A DNA stretch of 14,395 nucleotides. Origin: an uncultured Oligoflexus sp. (GTDB taxonomy: Bacteria > Bdellovibrionota_B > Oligoflexia > Oligoflexales > Oligoflexaceae). Position numbers and translations under genes: made by a program. Below the pieces are notes generated by a model. It searched no databases and had not been told where the DNA came from. It saw only the letters and a list, made by a program, of their open reading frames with translations. Every line of letters begins with the position of its first letter. Within the stretch, counting starts at the first letter, position 1. Location of the stretch: positions 22,461 to 36,855 of the forward strand of contig CAXSGP010000044.1 in assembly GCA_964236955.1 (NCBI GenBank). Direction: 5' to 3'. Positions 8,845 through 14,395 of this stretch are shown piece by piece.

Positions 8845-9396
8845 TTAGACCTCAACCCTTGCACAATGGATCCAGAGAGGACTGCCATCGACGGTTTCTA
8901 GATATTTCATGATAGCCTGCTGCTGGGTAGTCATCTGTTCTTCCTCGATCGGCTCGAGGTGATCATGACCACAGAGATGGAGGATGCCATGGACGAGCAG
9001 GAAACATACCTCACGGTCGAGACCATGGCCTATGCTGCGAGCATTTTTTAAAGCGATACCGGGACTGATGACGACATCACCCAGGAGTTCGGGGGGCATG
9101 TCCTCATCCCGCTCCTCGTCCGCATCCGGCGGCCACTTGGGAGCTGTAAAAACCAATGGTACTTCCCATTCCTGCTGAGGAAAGGACAGGACATCGGTGG
9201 ATTGGTTTTTGTCGCGATATTGGCGATTTAAATGCTGCATGGCTTCGTCATCGACGAAATCCCACGAGAATTCGAAGGTTTCTACGCCCAAACCCATACA
9301 AATAATTTTGCTAAGGGATTCGACCTTTGCTGGATCGATGCGGAATATACTATCTGCGATCGTAAGTTCGATAATTGGCTGACTGTCCGAGTCCAA
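8845..9396 (-). CDS. ybeY: rRNA maturation endoribonuclease YbeY
   Basis: LNRQYRDKNQSTDVLSFP, LGDVVIS, HGILHLCGHDH metal-binding motif. TTG start with AAGGAG in the last codons of the upstream ORF; exact start moderately uncertain. Confidence 0.95.
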   Translation of the reverse strand: MDSDSQPIIELTIADSIFRIDPAKVESLSKIICMGLGVETFEFSWDFVDDEAMQHLNRQYRDKNQSTDVLSFPQQEWEVPLVFTAPKWPPDADEERDEDMPPELLGDVVISPGIALKNARSIGHGLDREVCFLLVHGILHLCGHDHLEPIEEEQMTTQQQAIMKYLETVDGSPLWIHCARVEV

Positions 9397-9405
9397 GGTG
9401 TTTTT

Positions 9406-9678
9406 CTACTCCTTAAAAATACTTCTAAGCTCACCCACTTTTGACTCTACTGTAGGAAGAATCTTAAGGCCGCAGCGCAGGCTGTCTAACCTTGCGACCC
9501 GGGCCGGCCGCGCACCGCTCTCTACCTCAGTTGGGGAAAGCGGCCGATTCCAAGCTATCACATCTTCAGCTAGCTTGGCGAGAACCGAAGCGTTTATGAC
9601 TAGACTTTTGGACTCATTCGAATCGATTGCCTGGCTATTTAAAAGTCTCAAGGGAGATGTTTTATCTTTAAAAGTCAA
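9406..9678 (-). CDS. Hypothetical 90-aa protein (MTFKDKTSPLRLLN...GELRSIFKE)
   Basis: Shorter form of track ORF 9406..9762. A perfect SD TAAGGAGGT (9687-9695) lies 8 nt before TTG 9678, a sigma28-like promoter is just upstream, and the stop is 9 nt before ybeY. Confidence 0.7.
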   Translation of the reverse strand: MTFKDKTSPLRLLNSQAIDSNESKSLVINASVLAKLAEDVIAWNRPLSPTEVESGARPARVARLDSLRCGLKILPTVESKVGELRSIFKE

Positions 9679-9719
9679 AGGCCTATACCTCCTTACGGGA
9701 AAAGTCTGAGGTCCCCCTT

Positions 9720-9746
9720 CTATCGGTCGAATTGGTAAAGACTTAA
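9720..9746 (-). promoter_or_regulatory. Putative sigma28/FliA promoter for orphan-ybeY-CNNM
   Basis: TTAAGTCT-N11-ACCGATAG versus consensus TAAAGTTT-N11-GCCGATAA (6/8 and 6/8, exact spacer), about 25 nt upstream of the SD. Confidence 0.6.
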
Positions 9747-9792
9747 ATTGAGTTGAGCACAAATAATAAATAACGGGGTTAATTGCAAATAT

Positions 9793-10497
9793 TTAAGAGA
9801 CTTGGGCTGGAGGCATCCAAACCGAAGCAAAGGTCGACTGACCGGCTTCGCTAAATAATCTTTCAAAACGGCTCGTATAGATTTTGGAAGCCAACCCTAA
9901 GGTTGGAATCAATGGGCGCCAATGAGCAGCCTTCAAAGCATCCAAAACTTCAGTATTGTAAGGTTCCCAGTCGGTTTTAAACCAGAAAAATGCGTCTGGC
10001 TTTAATTTGCTAGCCAAGAGGGCGATGAATTCGGAATTGAGCAGGCGATTTTTATGATAACGCTTTTTCTTGGCCCAAGGGTCTGGAAAAAAAACCATAA
10101 CTCCGTCTAGCTCTGCCGGGACAAAGAGTTGATCGAGAAATCTGGCGTTGCAGAGGATACTGGTAATATTATGCAGCTGGTCGAGCTGAGCTTTTTGTGC
10201 CAGCTTCACCACCCGCTTCAAGGTGATGTCCATGCCGATAAATGCGGTGTCGCCTTCATCCCTAGCCATTTTGAGAATGACTTCACCATAATGACTGCCG
10301 ATTTCAAGGACCAAAGCTTTGGGTGGATGGGCCATTTTTTCAGTGAAATGCGTGCGCCATCGACCCGCGCAGGGTTTGAGCCTGGGACCGTAAAGCAAAG
10401 GGAGGTCGGAATCGCGAAGGATGCTCAGGAATGCGTTCACGTCTTCCCGCATCGTTGCGAAGGAATCTACGAAAGGATCTTGAGCGCGTATAGACAT
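9793..10497 (-). CDS. trmB: tRNA (guanine46-N7)-methyltransferase
   Basis: LVLEIGSHYGE (SAM motif I variant), FIGMDI, FFPDPWAKKKR..RL, FKTDWEPY, SRFERLF. Confidence 0.9.
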   Translation of the reverse strand: MSIRAQDPFVDSFATMREDVNAFLSILRDSDLPLLYGPRLKPCAGRWRTHFTEKMAHPPKALVLEIGSHYGEVILKMARDEGDTAFIGMDITLKRVVKLAQKAQLDQLHNITSILCNARFLDQLFVPAELDGVMVFFPDPWAKKKRYHKNRLLNSEFIALLASKLKPDAFFWFKTDWEPYNTEVLDALKAAHWRPLIPTLGLASKIYTSRFERLFSEAGQSTFASVWMPPAQVS

Positions 10498-10534
10498 CGA
10501 AGCGATTCCTGTGCCTGAAATCCAAAAAAGAAGG

Positions 10535-11062
10535 GGTGAGTTCGCGAACCCTTAAACGATCTGTAAGCCGGATTCTGTCTATCTCTTGCGAGACGAGACT
10601 GTCATTAATCTGGGTCAGCTGTTGCCAGATGCCTCGAGCGGCCTACCCAGGAGCGAGACGGACCATCTCCGCATACCCTTGCGAATATGCCCTCCTTGTT
10701 TGGCCTTGCATTGGATGGGGTTTACCGAGCCAACCTGTTGCCAAGTTGCTGGTGAGCTCTTACCTCACCGTTTCATCCTTACCTTCAACACTCTGAAGTG
10801 TTGCGGGCGGTTTGCTTTCTGTTGCACTTTCCGTCGGGTTTCCCCGCCTGGTCATTAACCAGCATCCTGCCCTGCAATGTCCGGACTTTCCTCAACTCAA
10901 GGCCTACCGCAAAGCGCCCTGTTCCTGATCGGCCTATGCCGCCTCGGAGAGCAAGCACCTGAGGGTAAACTCCGCTCCTAAGCCTGGCTATAGGAATTCA
11001 GGATACTTTGCGATAAGCCTTAAAGTCGCGACAGTCCGATCGTCTCGGTCTGCGAACTCACC
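10535..11062 (-). ncRNA. rnpB: RNase P RNA, bacterial type A, with very long P3
   Basis: Minus strand carries GAGGAAAGUCCGG (10881-10893), AGUGCAACAGAAAGCAAACCGCC, GUAAGGAUGAAACGGUGAGGUAAGAGCUCACC, GGUAAACCCC, GCAAGGCCAAA, GGGUAGGCCGCUCGAG and ACAGAAUCCGGCUUAC. Terminal stems ACGAUC/GAUCGU and GGUGAGUUCGC/GCGAACUCACC. Mature ends may lie inside (about 10550-11048). Confidence 0.97.
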
Positions 11063-11071
11063 GAACCTGAG

Positions 11072-11101
11072 GTTCTAGTGGGATTGCCTAGGCTTTGTCA
11101 A
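11072..11101 (-). promoter_or_regulatory. Putative sigma70 promoter of rnpB
   Basis: Perfect TTGACA (11101-11096), 18-nt spacer, TAGAAC (11077-11072). The implied start near 11065 matches the 5' end of the outer P1 stem. Confidence 0.65.
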
Positions 11102-11140
11102 TAGCTCAAGGAATAATTATTTGATTTGAGGATCAGGGAT

Positions 11141-11470
11141 TTACGCTTTAAGAGTCAAGCTTAGGATTTTTGTATAATCATCCGATGCAAAGCGGTCTTC
11201 CAGGAGGGCTATATTTCTGGTCATGGCTTGGCATGCGGCACACCGAAAACGAATCATCAGGCCTTTTTTACTATGGGTTTCATAAGCTATGGGGACGAGG
11301 AGCCCTTTGCAGGGATTGGCTCGATCGCCAGGGAAAATATCGACGTGCTTAGAATGCAGGCAAAACGGACAATGGTTGCGACAGGTTCTTTGAGACGGAG
11401 GAACCTTTTTGAGGCAATGCTCGCAGGTGAAGGCATCGTTGATTTTTAGAAAGCGCCCCAATTCCGTCAT
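11141..11470 (-). CDS. RNHCP domain-containing protein (Cys/His-rich, probable Zn-binding)
   Basis: FTCEHC..RNHCPFCLHSKHVD..PGDRANPCKGLLVP..FRCAAC. Start ATG 11470 is preferred to 11503 because the latter falls inside the divergent promoter. Confidence 0.92.
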   Translation of the reverse strand: MTELGRFLKINDAFTCEHCLKKVPPSQRTCRNHCPFCLHSKHVDIFPGDRANPCKGLLVPIAYETHSKKGLMIRFRCAACQAMTRNIALLEDRFASDDYTKILSLTLKA

Positions 11471-11487
11471 CGCTCGATCCCAAAATC

Positions 11488-11514
11488 TAATTTTTTCATA
11501 CAAACTGCCGATGA
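11488..11514 (+). promoter_or_regulatory. Putative sigma28/FliA promoter for the downstream lipoprotein
   Basis: TAATTTTT-N11-GCCGATGA versus TAAAGTTT-N11-GCCGATAA (6/8 and 7/8), followed by GGGAG SD (11529-11533) and GTG 11542. Confidence 0.6.
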
Positions 11515-11541
11515 AAGGACAAGTCTTTGGGAGATTGCTTA

Positions 11542-12954
11542 GTGGAAACGCGTTGGTTTGGCAAGCAAAAGATCTTGAATATCGCCTTTCTTCTCAGCGC
11601 TTGCGGTGGGGGAGGTAAGGGCGACAGTGGTGTCACAGCAGCCGTGTTGGCCCCGCCACCGCTTGCAGTCGTGGTCACAGGTTCAATCAAAAGCGTCAGC
11701 GGCAGCCAATCGGAAATGAGGGATTGGGTGGTTGCCATGATCAATTACGATAAGCTCGTCAGCTCAGTCGGCGTGATCAATGCTGCGGGTAATTTTTCGC
11801 TGCCGAACGTTCTCAACAGCGAACGCTATACCCTCATCCTTCTCGACCCCCAGTATAAGCTCGCGGCCGTCCTGACCGCTCCGAGTGACAGTTCTAAGAC
11901 CGTCAAACAAGTTTTTAAATTGACCGGAACCCAGCTCCCCATTCTCGTCCACAACGGACCCATTATTAATTTTACCAATCTCAGTGGCATCAGCCTTGAG
12001 TCGGTTACCGCAGCTGATACCGATGGTGATTTGATACCCAACGGTAAGGAGGCCGCGCTTAGGTCTGTAAACGATAATGCCGATGATGATGTCGACACCG
12101 ATGGGGATAAAGTACCGAACGCCAGCGATCCGGATATTGATGGTGATGGCCTTTTGAATGTCGTCGATCTTGATGATGACGGGGATGGAACTCCCGATAC
12201 CTTTGATACCGATGCCAACGGCGACGACATCCTTGATACGATGCAGACCGTTGGCGATCTTTATTTTCCTACGCTGCTTGCTTATGGGGGTGTTCAGGTC
12301 GTGCAGGATACCTTGGCAGATGGCGGCTTTGCGACGAGCCTGATCATCACCACTAAGATTTCAGGTGCGAAACCAAGCTCTCTCAAAATACGCGGCGCCA
12401 ACTCATTATTTGAAAATTCCAATGCCGTGCGGGTCAACGAGGAAACCGGCGATCTCATCAGTGTTCCCTTTGATTTTGTGCTGCTCGATGATGGACAGAA
12501 TGAAGACGGTGCGCCTGGTGATGGGACCTACGTGCGCCGGGTTCAGCTGGCGCCTGGTAAATTGCCCAAGGCCCAGCAGCTGGTCTTTTTCCAATATAGT
12601 GATGCCGGTGGTATCGATGGGGCCACTCGCTTGAGTGAATTTCCCTTTATGTTCCCCGACGTCGTAAGCGGGGCGATCGGTGGCAACTTTGCAGCTGACA
12701 CGCGCACAGTAACCCTTACCGGTGCGCCATTTGCCTCGCTGACAAGCTTTAGGTGGACGGTCGATATTTATGAAAGCTCGGGTGAAAAAGTATTTGTCTC
12801 AGAGCCTATTGACGGAACGGAAATCACCTATGTCATTCCTCTCGGCGTGCTTGACCCGGCTTCAACCTATACCGCAAGGATAGTGGCGACAAGTCCGGAG
12901 CGTTTGCCAAGCTATCCGAGTTGGATCGTGAGAACTGCCAATTTCAATCTCTGA
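11542..12954 (+). CDS. Putative lipoprotein with thrombospondin type-3-like Ca-binding repeats and probable beta-sandwich domains
   Basis: Lipobox ILNIAFLLSA-C (Cys codon 11602-11604) followed by a GGGG linker. Five DxDGD-type repeats, an LLDDGQNEDGAPGDGTY motif (choice-of-anchor X-like) and an FnIII-like C-terminus (LDPASTYTARIVA). Start moved from TTG 11527 to GTG 11542 on SD spacing. Confidence 0.8.
   Translation: METRWFGKQKILNIAFLLSACGGGGKGDSGVTAAVLAPPPLAVVVTGSIKSVSGSQSEMRDWVVAMINYDKLVSSVGVINAAGNFSLPNVLNSERYTLILLDPQYKLAAVLTAPSDSSKTVKQVFKLTGTQLPILVHNGPIINFTNLSGISLESVTAADTDGDLIPNGKEAALRSVNDNADDDVDTDGDKVPNASDPDIDGDGLLNVVDLDDDGDGTPDTFDTDANGDDILDTMQTVGDLYFPTLLAYGGVQVVQDTLADGGFATSLIITTKISGAKPSSLKIRGANSLFENSNAVRVNEETGDLISVPFDFVLLDDGQNEDGAPGDGTYVRRVQLAPGKLPKAQQLVFFQYSDAGGIDGATRLSEFPFMFPDVVSGAIGGNFAADTRTVTLTGAPFASLTSFRWTVDIYESSGEKVFVSEPIDGTEITYVIPLGVLDPASTYTARIVATSPERLPSYPSWIVRTANFNL
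12016..12246 (+). repeat. 13-aa-period acidic repeats (TSP3-like)
   Basis: DTDGDLIPNGKE, then tandem DTDGDKVPNASDP / DIDGDGLLNVVDL / DDDGDGTPDTFDT / DANGDDILDTMQ. Confidence 0.85.
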
Positions 12955-12994
12955 CACTTACCATAACCTTTTCTTTGGCTTTGATTCTAAATTG

Positions 12995-13036
12995 AGCGCT
13001 CTTTTGCAGCACAAGGCGGGCAAGCGAGCGCTTTTT
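12995..13036 (+). terminator. Possible intrinsic terminator between the convergent lipoprotein genes
   Basis: AGCGCTC-T-TTTGC / GCAAG-C-GAGCGCT stem with a 12-nt loop, followed by TTTT. Imperfect. Confidence 0.4.
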
Positions 13037-13060
13037 AAAATGCTGGAACTCGCTACGCGG

Positions 13061-14317
13061 CTACTGAGGCTCAGGAGCCGGAGTATTATTGAAATAGGCA
13101 TTAAGGGTGCTGCGGTCAAAGACCGGCATATCCTCGATCGGACGCAGCTGCTGAAATTTCTGGCTTGCATACGACTGACGACCCTGTTCATAAATCGTCT
13201 TAACTGGACCGTTGAGCCAGACTGTTGTGGACTTCCACATAAAGTCGGGAATAGAAGTATTGACAGAATTTTTAGCGTCCTGGGGGCTCAACCACCGACC
13301 TGCAACGATCCTGCCGGAGCTATCGAGATCCAATTCGTATTCAAAACTTTCCGTGTCGTAGGGATAGGTTTCATCCTGTTCATCCATCTGTAGTACGGGC
13401 GTTTCCTGAGTCAGGAACAGAATCGTTCTGAGATGAAGCTTTCGGGGTGAGTTCCGAGATGGAGCCATGGCTGAGGGACTGCCTTCGATCACGCGCGTTT
13501 CGTAGGCTACAACAGGATTATTACTGATCTCACCCTGATTTACCCTATCGATAATAAAACCTTCGTTGAGTTTGCCTATTTGATTGGCGAGGACCATATG
13601 AAAGCTTTTGGCATCAATCTTTGCACAGCCCTTCCTTCGTGCGGCCTGCTTGCCGTTTTCAAAAGCATAGGGACCCGCCCCTGCCGCCAGTTCCTGATTA
13701 TCGCTTTGACTACCACATAAAGCCGCGAGAACGATAGGTTTTGGGTTCTGCTCGTGCACGTAAAGACTCAGGAGTGAATAAATATCCTGGGCTTCAAACT
13801 TAACAGGCGTCCCGTCCTTAGCCCCTATTGTTACCGGCCCCACGGGTTCGAATTGAAGAGAGGCTATGGACCAGGCATGCATGATCCCCTCCCACTCGGG
13901 TATGTTTTTTCTGGGTGAACCATCAGCGTTGGTCTGCTGCAGCGTACGGTGGCGTTCTTTTACTGTATAATCCCAATTCTTATTGCCCAAAAAAACGTCC
14001 AGTTTTTCGGTTGGCGAAAGTTTGTTTCGGTCGGCTATCTTTCCCATGGTGTAGTGAATATCCGCATCAAGGTCTTCTAACTCTTCGAGCTCGTCACTGA
14101 CTGCCGACTGCCATCGAAAACTGGAGCCTCCGCGGACGCTGGACCAGTTTTCCGAAGCCCAGGGCAATCGAGAAAGACTTGCGGCTAACGGGAGTTCGCG
14201 AAAGACTTCTGTATAGGTTTCCGGCTTGGCGGAAGCCTTGGCGGCACGCGATGCCAAGGGTCGCGATCCGGTCGATGCACAGGCTGTTAGGAGGATAAAG
14301 TTCAAGGCAATACGCAT
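13061..14317 (-). CDS. Lipoprotein of the transglutaminase-elicitor (Phytophthora GP42-like) family, probably catalytically inactive
   Basis: Lipobox MRIALNFILLTA-C and GAGG SD. Family motifs in order: LPWASENW..FRW, LSPTEKLD, IPEWEGIMHAWS, FEAQDIYSLL, SFHMVLANQIG..GFIID..EISNNPVVAY, YELDLDSSGRIVAGRW, PDFMW. Confidence 0.82.
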   Translation of the reverse strand: MRIALNFILLTACASTGSRPLASRAAKASAKPETYTEVFRELPLAASLSRLPWASENWSSVRGGSSFRWQSAVSDELEELEDLDADIHYTMGKIADRNKLSPTEKLDVFLGNKNWDYTVKERHRTLQQTNADGSPRKNIPEWEGIMHAWSIASLQFEPVGPVTIGAKDGTPVKFEAQDIYSLLSLYVHEQNPKPIVLAALCGSQSDNQELAAGAGPYAFENGKQAARRKGCAKIDAKSFHMVLANQIGKLNEGFIIDRVNQGEISNNPVVAYETRVIEGSPSAMAPSRNSPRKLHLRTILFLTQETPVLQMDEQDETYPYDTESFEYELDLDSSGRIVAGRWLSPQDAKNSVNTSIPDFMWKSTTVWLNGPVKTIYEQGRQSYASQKFQQLRPIEDMPVFDRSTLNAYFNNTPAPEPQ

Positions 14318-14370
14318 AGAGTACCTCGGGGTTTCAGTCTAGTGTCGGTCCGGAAAAGGCGATGGCTGCG

Positions 14371-14382
14371 TTTCATCGGCAG
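14371..14382 (-). promoter_or_regulatory. Possible sigma28 -10 element upstream of the TGase-like lipoprotein
   Basis: CTGCCGATGAAA on the minus strand, identical to 11505-11516 on the plus strand. The first half of the -35 would lie beyond the window end. Confidence 0.4.
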
Positions 14383-14395
14383 AAAAATATGCTCA

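Noticed and set aside
9679..9762. N-terminal 28 codons of track ORF 9406..9762
   Set aside because: No SD before TTG 9762; this stretch holds the promoter-like element and the SD for TTG 9678.
10536..10858. Plus-strand ORFs 10536..10796 and 10586..10858
   Set aside because: Antisense to the RNase P RNA gene; no coding signals.
12958..13393. ORFs 12958..13191 (-) and 12992..13393 (+)
   Set aside because: They overlap the TGase-like gene and the intergenic hairpin and show no recognisable motifs.
1..14395. CRISPR array, IS/integrase, prophage, tRNA or rRNA genes
   Set aside because: No spaced direct repeats, mobility genes or tRNA/rRNA signatures were seen; the repeats found are within coding regions or RNA stems.

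Overview
Bacterial chromosomal window with no mobile element or CRISPR array. Gene content suggests a Bdellovibrionota/Oligoflexia-like organism (inference only). Left to right: a truncated trehalose-6-phosphate synthase-family gene (-), an EamA/DMT transporter (-), an archaeal-type DNA topoisomerase VI operon top6B-top6A (+) whose B subunit has a ~224-aa Lys-rich tail, and a khpA-nagZ pair (+). A minus-strand run follows, read in transcription order as RNHCP protein > rnpB (RNase P RNA with a ~134-nt P3 hairpin) > trmB > 90-aa orphan > ybeY > CNNM/HlyC-CorC. Two convergent lipoprotein genes end the window: an acidic Ca-binding-repeat protein and a transglutaminase-elicitor-family protein lacking the catalytic Cys and the Pep-13 Trp. 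Sigma28/FliA-like promoter elements lie upstream of both lipoproteins (an identical 12-mer) and of the orphan-ybeY-CNNM unit. All calls come from manual motif reading; no searches were run.
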